This document shows, piece after piece, positions 1-10,471 of a stretch of DNA of 35,980 nt. Position numbers and translations under genes: made by a program. The DNA is from Rotaria socialis (lineage: Eukaryota). Within the stretch, counting starts at the first letter, position 1. The number at the start of each line of letters is the position of its first letter. The notes beneath the pieces are model-generated. The model did not search any database. It was not told where the DNA came from and saw nothing but the letters and a program-made list of their open reading frames with translations. The stretch covers positions 1-35,980 of the forward strand of contig CAJNYD010000112.1 of assembly GCA_905331295.1 (NCBI GenBank), in the 5' to 3' direction.

Positions 1-119
1 AAATTGTGGATTTTGAGTAAGATGGGACCCAGAAAATCCCATGAAAATCCCGGGGATCCCAAAAAAATCCCGGGATCCGAAGAAAATCCCAAAATCCCAA
101 ATCCGCTTTTTCCCCCTTG
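1..119. mobile_element. Right end of a hAT-type element, same family as 7065-9340
   Basis: Bases 1-119 are nearly identical to about 9222-9340: GGGATCCC/AAAATCCC subterminal repeats ending in ATCCGCTTTTTCCCCCTTG. The left end lies outside the window. The predicted 8-bp TSD is GTTCGAAC (120-127). Confidence 0.8.
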
Positions 120-830
120 GTTCGAACCCATGCTAGTGGTGACACTGAAACTTTGAAACTACTCTGATAGAATTATTCAAATTGAAGTAAACCCCCTACC
201 ATATTAGTAGATAAACCAAATTGTATGACGCAAAAACTATCAGAAGTTTGAAAAATGGTGTTCTTATAGGAAACAGATTAGTTTCTTAGGAGGGGTTTCT
301 ATTGTGGGAGGGGTTTAGCGTACTTCAACTTTAACCTTTAAACTTAAAGCTAAAACAAGCATATCTTTAAGTTTAACTTTCTAAAAAATCAAAATTTTAA
401 AAATATTTTCTGAAAATCTTTCTTTTGTTAAAATTATTTTTTGATGCAACACAAATAGTTCTGAACAGAAAATTTCTTTCAATGAAAGAATCTATCTGAA
501 CTTTACCTCTTTGGAATGCAAATTTTAATCATACTTCTTGCAACTTGAAAGTAAAATTAAGCTGGCATTCTTGACAAATACCTAGTTTATTAATCCAAAA
601 CATATCTGGAACAAAACATACTCTTAAACTTGTAATCAAATTGTCTAATTGAATCTGGTGATCGTTCCGAAGACATGGTATACTTCTGTTCTTTTTTGTC
701 ATGCAAGTAGTACATATTACACGCTCTTTCAACTATCAGATAAAGAGTTCTTAACAATTAAGTTATAATGGACTCTGACTCCTAGCGGCTCGCTAGTAGT
801 GTGCAGCTTCGGATGGAATAAGGAATGAAT

Positions 831-1212
831 ATCAGTGTGAAGCTAGCACGACGGAGCTAGCACGATGAAACAGAGATTCAACTATAAGTCTTCACAGAAG
901 TATTGCCGGCCCATAAAAACCAGACAATTCGATGCAGAATTTAATTCTGGGTCGGATGGTCATACTTTTATTCCCCGGCAATACTTTGAGAAAATTCTAT
1001 CCGGTTTTTCTTGTCCTATTTAGAAGAAAACAAAGGTGCAGGTAAAATTTCTTCCTAAGTATTGTCGGGGAATAAAAGTATCACCATCCGATCCAGAACT
1101 AAATTCTGCATCGAATTGTCTGGTTTTTATGGACCGGCAATACTTCTGAGAAGACTTATAGTTGAATCTCTGTTTCATCGTGCTAGCTCCGTTGTGGTAG
1201 CTTCACACTGAT
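831..1212. mobile_element. Foldback MITE, Mutator-like
   Basis: Near-perfect terminal inverted repeats of about 160 bp (ATCAGTGTGAAGCTA...TAGCTTCACACTGAT). Flanked by the 9-bp direct repeat GGAATGAAT at 822-830 and 1213-1221; 9-bp TSDs with long TIRs are typical of MULEs. Confidence 0.85.
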
Positions 1213-2354
1213 GGAATGAATATATTAAAGTGTTTATATTGTTTCTTAACTTAGACAACTTCAACATCAACAACATCAGCTTCGTTTTCACTCAATTATA
1301 TGCATAAGAAGTTTCTTGTGATCTGGCCCAATAGCTAAAAATATTTTTAATCTGGATCCGGAGCCGGACCCGATGGGCTCTAACTCGAAGCAGTCGATCG
1401 TTTGACATTTTACTTTTTTCACCAGTTAATAACCAACAAGTAATCTGTTTGTATATATTTTATATCATCATTGATTGTAGCTTTAAAATAAGAATGTTCT
1501 ATGCATGGATGCACCATATTAAAAACTTTCATTCCAGAAAATTCTTCTTTTGTTGTATTTATTAAATCTTGAGTATCATCTTATTCATCTTCATTATTGT
1601 AATCATCAATTGAGGAAAGCCATCATTAATGCTACGATCAACTGCTGTTCTATTACCGTCATCATTATCACCATCATCAACAAATAATCAGCAGCCATTG
1701 ACTACATCAGATAATGTACTTCAACAAATTGTATCACCAAATTTAATACTTATCATAGTATCATCAGATACAATACAATCGAATTCAACTTCAGTCACAG
1801 TATTTTCTATATCCAAATCAACAGAAGATGAAACTTGTGATATTAACATTATCGAACAACCATCATCATTAACAGCTAAAAAACAAGTGAAAAGAAAAGT
1901 TCTAACAATAGAATCAGCAAAAAGAGCAAGAAGAAGATAATTTTTATATTCCGAACATTGTCTTGTTTGGACTTCTTCGATCACTTCTTTCGTGTTCTCT
2001 TATATGGTAAGATTTTATATTAAATTGATGTTTTTAATTTAACAATACACTTCTTTTTTTCTTTTATAGTTGATCGGTTTTATCATGTATTGAATTTTTA
2101 TACTTTTATGTCCGTTTGATTTTTTATATTTTTATGTCCGTTTGATTTTGATTTTTTTTACATTTCACAGTTGGTTTTTAAACAAATAAATAATATAATT
2201 ATTGATAACAAAAAAAACTTTTTAATATAAATATTTCTTGATTGATTCCTGAAGTCTTCGCGAATATTCTTTTTGTTAATTTTTTTCTCTACTTTCAACA
2301 GATAATTGAGAAAATGAAACTATCATATTTTTACAATTCTAAGAATTTCATATT

Positions 2355-2419
2355 AGAGTGGATTCAGATGGATTCATGTGGATTCAAGTGGATTCATGGA
2401 TTCTGCTGTTCCCCCCTTG
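2355..2419. mobile_element. Right terminus of a hAT-like element (TIR CAAGGGGGGAAC) with TGGATTCA subterminal repeats
   Basis: Five tandem TGGATTC(A) units followed by GTTCCCCCCTTG, the reverse complement of the CAAGGGGGGAAC end seen at 32379 and related to the TIR of 7065-9340. No left end was found upstream in the window. Confidence 0.6.
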
Positions 2420-2574
2420 ATGTATACAAGTGTGTTAAATATTTCGTTGGAATATAGCAATTGTGTTAACTATATGATTTTGTCTAGTTGTCTAGAAAAT
2501 AGGTCTTCACGTATATGTATGTACACGCTCTATGGATGGTCGACATTTATTGAGCAGTATTATTTCTATTTTAG

Positions 2575-3356
2575 TGCTTGGCTACGTGATGAAGATTCGC
2601 CAGTAGTAGCTCGTCTCTCTCAACTGATTAGTGCTCTCACAAATTTGACCATGGAAACGACTGAAGAATTTCAGGTATTTATTTTATTTTCTGTTGTATT
2701 ATAATGTATAAAATGAATACTAGATCGGCAACTATGGAATCGGTGGCTACTACAGTCCTCATGTGGATTTTTATCATGTATGCTTTTGTTTTTCAAGCTT
2801 TTGCTAAATCGATCATTGTCAATGTAATGCATTTAGAAATGGGAATATCCTGCTTACTACCACAAGGTTGGTAAGTATATCATTGATTTAGGAGAGTTAT
2901 CAAGATTCTGCTGTTATTTAGGTAATAGAATAGCTACATGGATGACTTATGTAAGTTGCATATGACTTAAGAACGCGATGCATGATGTAGTCTTATTTCT
3001 TAGATGAGTGACGTGGAGTGGGGCGGAGCAACTGTCTTTCCTCTTTTCGGAGGTTATATCACGCCAAAGAAAGGAAGCACATTATTTTGGTACAATCTCC
3101 ATGCGTCCGGTGAAGGTGCGATATGATTGAACTTGACTGCATTAGATTGATTAGCTGATATCTCTTTTTTAGTCGACTACAGAACACTGCATGCAGGTCA
3201 GTATTGTTTTGTTAATCACTGTCGAAATACGTAAGCTTTTCTTCTATTCTTCCAGCTTGTCCGGTCTTGATTGGTAATAAATGGGTAGCGAATAAGTGGA
3301 TTCATGAATATGGTCAATAATTTCGACGCCGATGTTCGCTTGATCCAATGGCGTAA
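2575..3356 (+). pseudogene. Prolyl 4-hydroxylase alpha subunit, 3' exons, with a premature stop
   Basis: Exons 2575-2674, 2724-2777, 2837-2870, 2922-2950, 3004-3115, 3173-3196 and 3256-3356, all GT-AG and in phase. They give AWLRDEDSPVVARLSQLISALTNLTMETTEEFQ IGNYGIGGYYSPHVDF...GNRIATWMTYMSDVEWGGATVFP...FWYNLHASGEVDYRTLHAACPVLIGNKWVANKWIHEYGQ*FRRRCSL, with the classic P4HA HxD...H...K motifs. TAA at 3318-3320 replaces the E of GQEFRRPC. AATAAA at 3573. The 5' exons are not in the window. Confidence 0.85.
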
Positions 3357-3664
3357 TAATCGTGTACCAAAATAATTTCTTTCCTGTGACGAATCTTCTG
3401 TCGGTCAACGTGTTCAACAAGATTCTATCGATAGTACCAATATTTTAACAGACAAAATTAAACTAGACACTTTTTTTAATAGTCTTCCTTCCATTTTTTC
3501 TTGTATCTTTCACTCGTTCCCAATCAACATTTTAGTTAGCGCTGCCTTTTTATCAATTACTGGATGTTCTAGAATAAATAAAGGAGGGGGATCGATAAGG
3601 ATGAAGATCGGCCTATAGCCAAAACCTCAACTTTTTCCTGAAAAATAGTAGCATTAAGTCTCCA

Positions 3665-4007
3665 GGGTGTGGGTGTCTGTGTGGGGTGGTGCTGTAACTG
3701 TATTTACCGTTACGGCTCACCTTATGTACTTTATCCTCTTCGCTGTATTCTATGTTTGTGCATTGACCTCATGAACTCTCATTGTTCTATTGCGTGGCCG
3801 TTCCCTCTTTGCCTATATCCGCCCAAGTGTGATCGCTCTCGCGTATATAAGGGGATGTAACTAAAGGAAATGCACGACTAGAGATGTGCAGATGACACAA
3901 TACACCATCATGCCGACGGGCATAGGCGACACTCTCTATGTTCGTCACAGGTGTGACTTAGAGTGTGGATCTGCTTTTCATCCACACCCACACCCCACAA
4001 TCTCAAG
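3665..4007. repeat. Telomere-like hairpin repeat copy, interrupted by the solo LTR
   Basis: GGGTGTGGGTGT arm at 3665 and CCACACCCACACCCC arm near 3982, followed by CTCAAG as in other copies. Confidence 0.7.
3693..3949 (+). mobile_element. Solo LTR (257 bp)
   Basis: TGTAAC...GTCACA termini (TG..CA with a short inverted repeat), an internal TATATAA near 3844, and a 5-bp flanking near-duplication GGTGC/GGTGT (3688-3692, 3950-3954). Confidence 0.7.
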
Positions 4008-4267
4008 ATCTATGTGGCATGGATGGATGCTATGAATCAGTACCACCGTTTGCTTTGATTGGACGATTTAGTTTTGCCATAGCACCTACATTTTTAATTG
4101 CCATTACTTGCACGTGTTGCGTGGCAAAAATATCGATTTCATCGGATTGTAGAATGCCCAAGTGAGCAAAAGACTGGTTAAATGACTAGTCTTTTTTCTA
4201 GTCAAGTCGACCCGTCCCGTCTAGTCTTTGTCTCAAAAACTACTCGTCCACGACTAGTCTGAGTTNT

Positions 4268-4341
4268 TTCATAAAAAAAAGTTTATATTGGGTGCGGGTG
4301 CGGGTTGGTAAAGAAGAAACTCACACCGACACATCCTCAAG
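4268..4341. repeat. Telomere-like hairpin repeat copy
   Basis: Shares the 5' flank TTCATAAAAAAAAGTTTATATTGGGTG with 6905-6931, the loop GGTAAAGAAGAAAC with 16218-16272, and the 3' CCTCAAG with 17255 and 32527. Confidence 0.75.
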
Positions 4342-5214
4342 TGATTATTATGTATCGGTTGGGCCATTATGTGCAACTGTGTGAAAAAATGATGACCTTC
4401 ATATATTAGTACCCTATATGAGATATACTAGAAAGTGGTCCGCCAACTTAGTTTATAGATCGTTTGAAAGCTCTTTTAAACTGGTAGAAAATCCTTGAAA
4501 TTCATTGGGAATAGAGGAGTGAAATTATTAGATCATCATCGCAGGGATAATTTGTATCGGTGAGGACTATAGTTGCCCTTGTCCTGTTAACACAGTTTTC
4601 ATCGGAATTGCTTCAATGATATTTTATTAACTGCTTTAAGAATGTGGTATAAACCATACACGAAATTTTCAAATACATTTTTTTCAAACGGTTTTAAAAG
4701 AAATAAACAATTGTTATACTTTTCTAAATGTTACCAAGATAAGGCTAGAAAAATAAGAACTTTATCATTAGAAAGAAGCTGTACAGAATTTTTTAAATCG
4801 TTTATCATTAATTTCATTTTTAAAACAGATTGTTGACAAAATCATGTTTATGTGCTGGGTGGGGGTGTGGGTTTTTGTTTGCAAGAGTGAACACAATAGG
4901 TTTTTGCTTGACTTGCATGTGGTATAAGTGTGATTAGTATCGGCTGCTGTATTCTCGCGAGACAAAAACGATCCAAATAAACATCAGAGAAAAAGTGTTT
5001 ATAAAAATTTTTTTAAAGTTTTGAAAGGTTAAAACTGTGCGGCACCAAAAAGTGTTTTTCGATTTTGATTCTTGGAAATAAAATCACAAAAGATGCTGTT
5101 CCTTCGATACTAGTTCTTACTGGGGAAAATATGGAATGACCTTGCCAACAACGAGAAATCTATCACTGTTGGTAGAACATAAAAACCAAATTCTGGTAAA
5201 AAACTTACATTTAA

Positions 5215-5324
5215 TTGAGCCTCCATAAGCCTTCATCTGCCTTAGTTTGAGCCTACCCAAGCCTACCCTATCCAAAGCTGGGGTAGGCTTGTACCTACCC
5301 AGGCCTATAGCTCCGCCGCCACTG
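5215..5324. mobile_element. Orphan hAT-like terminus
   Basis: GCCTACCC subterminal repeats ending in CCGCCGCCACTG, the reverse complement of CAGTGGCGGCGG, a typical hAT TIR. No partner end was seen. Confidence 0.5.
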
Positions 5325-5375
5325 TTTAAGATACAAATACTGGGCCTGGCACGACCATATAATTTTGGTTAAAAT

Positions 5376-5642
5376 CCCAGAGACACACTCAAGGACCTTC
5401 CCTCGTCAGAAGAGACCTCGGAAAATCACCAGTTCCCGCAGGAGAACAGTGAAAACCAACAGAATATGGAAGCAGTATTCCGTGCGAAAATTTTGCGGAT
5501 ATTTTCCGGAAGACTTCTGGTCAGTTCTTACCGGAAAGAACACGAATCGACTGGAAATCACTGGGGAAACCTAGAAAATTTTTGGGACGGAGTACTGTTT
5601 CTGCATTCCTTCGGAAAGCGGCCTGTAATTTTTTCACCTGGG
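5376..5642. mobile_element. Short non-autonomous element with CCCAG...CTGGG ends (CMC/EnSpm-like MITE)
   Basis: Termini CCCAG and CTGGG, 3-bp flanking duplication AAT (5373-5375, 5643-5645), and internal CCGGAA-type repeats. Confidence 0.6.
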
Positions 5643-6073
5643 AATATTAAATTTACAAGCAACAGGTTTTTGTGTGCTGCAGAGCGCGCAATTCCAATTC
5701 TCACAATGTTAAGTGAAGTTTTGATGAAGATCATAGAAATCTGAGAGCTGTTGCTAAGCATGAACTCCTTATCCTGTGCGACCAAAAACCAAAAACCTAG
5801 CGATAAACAAGTACTTGTCATTTCATAAAAATCTTTCAAAAATCATAAGACATCAACATTTGACTGCAATTAATGTCAAGAAATCTTTTACTCTTAGAGA
5901 ATCCTTTAAAGTTTGTCTTTTGCTACTACTAATAAAATTCTGTTCTATATCCTGATGGTTTTGTTGGAATTCTGTATCAGAATTCGGTTTTCCAGATTCT
6001 CTTTCGCATCAGTATACTGATACTCGATTTTTCTTCTCTTTCAAAGATAATAATACATGCAATTTAATTCCAC

Positions 6074-6380
6074 AATGAGTATAAGGTGAAATAATTACTG
6101 ATAGTTGATAAATTTCTTATGTTTGTTTTTTTCGGGAATTTTCGATCTTAAGCGATCATTTTCAACCTTTTTTCACAATCAAAATTAGATGTTACAATAC
6201 ACAATACATTTACAACATTAACTATGAACTAGTGGGGTGTAGATCTTACATATCCAAAAATATAATGCACATATTATCATTTCTACAGTTGAAAATGATG
6301 GTTTAAGATCGAAAACTCCCGAATAAAACAAACAAAGGAAATTCATCAACTATCTGCAACTATTTCACCTTATACTCATT
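6074..6380. mobile_element. MITE with TIRs of about 95 bp
   Basis: AATGAGTATAAGGTGAAATA...CATTTTCAAC (6074-6166) pairs with GTTGAAAATG...TATTTCACCTTATACTCATT (6288-6380). TSD unclear. Confidence 0.75.
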
Positions 6381-6982
6381 ATTGTCTTCTCTTACTACTG
6401 GTAGGATTCTATCTTATCTTGTGCTTGTTTTTGTTTGAATTTTTATGAGAATTTAGTTGCTTTACCCCTGTTTCGTGTTCGTATACTGATAGTCGGTTTG
6501 TCTCCTCTTACTACTGGTAGAATTCTACTTTAACACTGATTGCTGGCGAAGAGGGTTATAACATTGCTATTTTTTCACTATGTATGGGTACAAACAATTC
6601 TGAATTCTGCTTGTTAGCCATTATGCAGGTCCTCGCTTGTTTCGACTTTTTAAGCCGTTTTCTAGCGACCGAAATGTTGCGCGAGGTATGTAAAAAGTTG
6701 ACTTAGAGCTAATAGGACAACGAAATGCAAGCTGTAACAATGAAAATTATCGACATCATTTCGGCACTAAAAATAGGTAGTTATAAACAGTATTTAGTCA
6801 ATAGAAGGAGTTTATTCAATTAAAAACTAGTACAAAAAAGCCTCATTTGTTTCACCCTTTCCCACTCTAGCCTTTTTAAAATCACACTAAAAATCTCTTA
6901 GTGTTTCATAAAAAAAAGTTTATATTGGGTGTGAGTGAGAGCGGGTTAGAGGATCCGTCGAAAGAAAACTCATAGCCACACC

Positions 6983-9432
6983 CAGGGCTGCCAACAGACC
7001 CCAAAAATTGGTGTACATTTGCTGGCGCAATATTCGAACACTCTAAAGATGGGTGCAGTTTGCCCAAGGGGGAAAAAGCGGATCCCCAAGATCCCCAATG
7101 CCAAGAAATCCCATGGGGATCCAAGGGATCCAATAAAAATCCCGGGACCACACGGGGATCCGAAAATCCCATGGGGATCCCAGGGATCCGATCAAAATCC
7201 CAGAAATCCACCGGGGATCCCAAAATAGTACAGCTATTTTGGAAGTGCCTTATGTGGTTTTATGAAGCACAATGAAATTAAGAGTCGTTCTCATGCATAA
7301 AAAATATTATTTAATCTGTTCGAAGCTTTGAAACTCATTTCATTATGAGTAGGGTATCGATATGTACAAAATGAGTTGTATTCTTGAAAATCTAACACAG
7401 AGGCGGTGTCACTAAATGTATCGCGGGGATAAAAACAAAGAGCAGCTTTTTTATAAGCGTTATAAATTACTCAGATTTTCGATTCTATCAGCAACGATAA
7501 AGATTTCAAATCGCAAACAAAATGATAAGACAGTTAAATGGGTAGTATATGTATGTCCAACGAATGTAAAACGGGCAGGATTCATATGTTTTCCTTCCTT
7601 ATATGAAGTACGTAAAACCAAAACAGTCAGGTTTATCCTCTATATTCATCGCTTTGTGTCAGTTCAACGGTGAATCAATTATAATACTAAAGAAATATTT
7701 CTAATTCGGGTAAAAATGAGATGCTGTGAGATAAAAAAATGATAAAAACTCGATTGCTAATCCATTTTAATAAAATAAAACCGAAAAAAAATCAAAGTTT
7801 CATCGATCATGAAGATTTATTTCGATAATAATTGATTAAATCTCAATTTTTCGTCAATTTTTATTTCTTTAATCAAATTGCTACTGATTTTATTCTATTT
7901 CTTTAAAATAGGTGCTGCAAAGAAAAACTAGACTAGACTAGTTGAGCATTCTTTTCTCTAATGAAGTCTTGAACTGTCAATGTGGGCTCTTCCGTTGAGA
8001 ATATCCATTACTTCAAAGCTATTTACAGATACTGATCAAAGTGAAAAGATCGGTTGTGTCTACTACAATATTCTTTATGCTCGTTTGTTGATAAAAAAAA
8101 CACTCACTGATAATTTTATTGAATTCAGATAATCGAATGGATATCAGAAACACAAGAGCTTCACATAAAAGAATAATTCATTCAGTAGGTAGGAAGATTT
8201 GAAAACAAGATGAATGTTTCACACGTTTTGTGCATTCATATAGCCCTCCAAGTTTTTCACAAGAACTGAAAACTCCCAGTTAAATGGAGTTGCTGATTAT
8301 CGCATCACTCAGTAACCCAGATGTCGAAACGTTTAACACTGATTGGCGGTGAAAAAATTACTGTTTTCCATGAAAGAATATGACAGTACCTGTACATCAC
8401 GATTGATCCATCGGTAGTATCAACGATTTCATAAACACTTTTTGTGTATAAGTATTCTCGGTGATTATTATTTAATGATGAGGTTTTGCGATAATGATAA
8501 CTGCTCGTTCCTAGTTATATACTTCGCTATTCTCTTCTAAAACGAGGGAAAATATTTCTATGAAGTATGACGTACGGTATAATTGTGATTAGAAAGAAAT
8601 CTATGAAGGATTCATGAATTAGAACTCAAGATTATTCATATGATGACAAAGAACACTACAACGTTAAATTCAATGTAAATTATGTTGACATAGGCAAAAC
8701 AAAGCACTTCATCTACATATGAAAGTGCGGAGGTGTCGTTTTTCTCAAGAGTTTGAGAAATCAATTTCGTGTGCAACAGTATTGTGTTGCTATTTATCAA
8801 CAGTTTACTTCAAACTTTTATAGATTTAAAGAGATAATATGTGAATAGATAGTTTGCTTGCACTTGGCACCTAAAATAGTTCACCCATATTCTGATTAAC
8901 TGAGACAAATTCACCAATCAGTTTGTTTAATAAAACGAATTTTATCGCTGAGGCAGTGCTACAGATTATGCCAGTTGATGTCAGTGTTTTTACTTTTCAT
9001 TTCTCTTTCATCGATACAACACAAAGAAATATAGAGCCTATTCCATGTTTGTTATTTCAGTAGTTATCTCTACAGGTGATTTTTTAAGACTTACATTAAT
9101 TATAATGGCTAAAAATTTTTCTACTTGTAAAAGCATGAATATCATCACAGTTTCATGAAATAAGAGGCAGAGAACTTGGAGACACGATACGCATCTTCAA
9201 AACTATAGGCAATCTAGAAAAAAAATGTAGATTTTGAGTAAGATGGGATCCCGAAAATCCCATGAAAATCCCGGGGATCCCAAAAAAATCCCGGGATTCG
9301 AAGAAAATCCCAAAATCCCAAATCCGCTTTTTCCCCCTTGAGTTTGCCACACATCCATTCGAATGTCTTAGAGTGTATGAATATTATGTCAACAAAATGT
9401 ACCCCAATTTTTGGGGTCGGTTGGCAGCCCTG
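6983..9432. mobile_element. hAT-type MITE (about 166 bp when empty), split by an inner insertion
   Basis: TIR CAGGGCTGCCAAC / GTTGGCAGCCCTG, extending into ACCCCAAAAATTGG. Perfect 8-bp TSD GCCACACC at 6975-6982 and 9433-9440. Confidence 0.9.
7065..9340. mobile_element. Non-autonomous hAT element (2276 bp) nested in the MITE
   Basis: 19-bp TIR CAAGGGGGAAAAAGCGGAT / ATCCGCTTTTTCCCCCTTG. Perfect 8-bp TSD AGTTTGCC at 7057-7064 and 9341-9348. GGGATCCC subterminal arrays. No intact internal ORF. Confidence 0.92.
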
Positions 9433-9563
9433 GCCACACCCCACATCTCACAAACTCAAACCTACACCCACAAAGCATGGTCCTCTTCGATTTTCTACTT
9501 TTAGACTAGCACTCATCCTACTTGGTTGATCATTCATCGAATCGTATAATTGTGAGCAGCGAT

Positions 9564-9861
9564 ATGGCCGAACAATTATCCTGTAAGGAACAAAAAATGC
9601 GAGTTGACGAACTAATCAGTTGCGCAATTTGTCTGGAACATTTTGTGGATCCCCGTATACTGCCCTGTTCACACACATATTGCCTTCGATGCATACTTAG
9701 AGTAGCTTCTGGCACCCGTGGCCATTTCGAATGCCCTTTGCGGGATGGAACCAAAGTTAAAAAAGCTCGTATTCACTCATTACCGGTCAATAGAGCCGTC
9801 TGTGACATGGTTGACTTACTTCCAAGAGTCATGAATAAAAATGATCGAGATCAAGAAACAA
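9564..9861 (+). CDS. RING finger exon (TRIM-like RING-HC variant); predicted exon 1 of the RING-VLIG gene
   Basis: ATG at 9564. CAICLEHFVDPRILPCSHTYCLRC...FECPLRD then LPVNRAVCDMVD, like TRIM N-termini. Strong donor A|GTGAGT at 9861/9862, phase 1. Confidence 0.88.
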
Positions 9862-10145
9862 GTGAGTTCAAAATAGAAACAAAGCGTTTACTGGGTAGAC
9901 ATCATTAGCAGTCATGTAGGTCTTTTACTAAACACGAAAAACAGTTTTTTTCTCAATTTAAATACGCCAAATATTCTTCGAAGTATGAGTCAATTTTTTG
10001 CAAAAAAGTTATTGTTCTAGCTTTTGTCGATCATGGAATATCATTTAGTCAGAGAACTTCGAAATCTTTGATTGAATTCAGCGCAGCTGAATATAAAATC
10101 TAGACCAAATTGGTACAGTAAACTCTCCTCGGTTTATCAACGACA

Positions 10146-10207
10146 GGTGTGGGTATGAGAGTATCAGTATAGATACGAACTGCTTAAATCCACCCACACT
10201 CACACAC
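10146..10207. repeat. Degenerate telomere-like hairpin copy inside the RING-VLIG intron
   Basis: GGTGTGGGTATGAG...CCACCCACACTCACACAC. Confidence 0.6.
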
Positions 10208-10471
10208 ATTGGACTTGTGCGATAGACCAGAAATACTGTAAACAGCGAAAAATATACTGTTGGTTGTTTATGATTGTGACTCTCAACATTTTGTGATTTA
10301 CTTCAGATAGAACTTGACGAAAGTTAGCGCTAAAACGATTGTGAAATTTTCAGAAGTGTTTAAATTTTACATCGGACTGACATGCACGGGGGTTTCTCTG
10401 ATCGCGATTAATCTTTTTTTAAGTAATGCGTTACTAAGAGGGTGCTTAGTTTAATGTTTGCCTATTTGCAG

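Noticed and set aside
529..732. Minus-strand ORF with CxxC pairs (CTTC, CQEC)
   Set aside because: Short, lacks an ATG start and has no family I can recognise; possibly a TE coding remnant.
1629..1940. Ser/Thr-rich 103-aa ORF with a basic, NLS-like tail
   Set aside because: Low complexity with no recognisable domain. It probably lies within TE-derived DNA and cannot be assigned.
5365..5839. ORFs including MEAVFRAKILRIFSG
   Set aside because: They derive largely from the CCCAG...CTGGG MITE and show no domain features.
6906..7275. Overlapping Gly/Pro/Ile-rich ORFs here and at 9153-9529
   Set aside because: They are translations of the GGGATCCC subterminal repeats of the hAT element, not genes.
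10297..10320. Alternative acceptor TTTACTTCAG (10306) in the RING-VLIG intron
   Set aside because: In phase with the RING exon it reads AAT AGA ACT TGA and stops at once. It could only give a RING-only isoform, and nothing in the sequence supports that.
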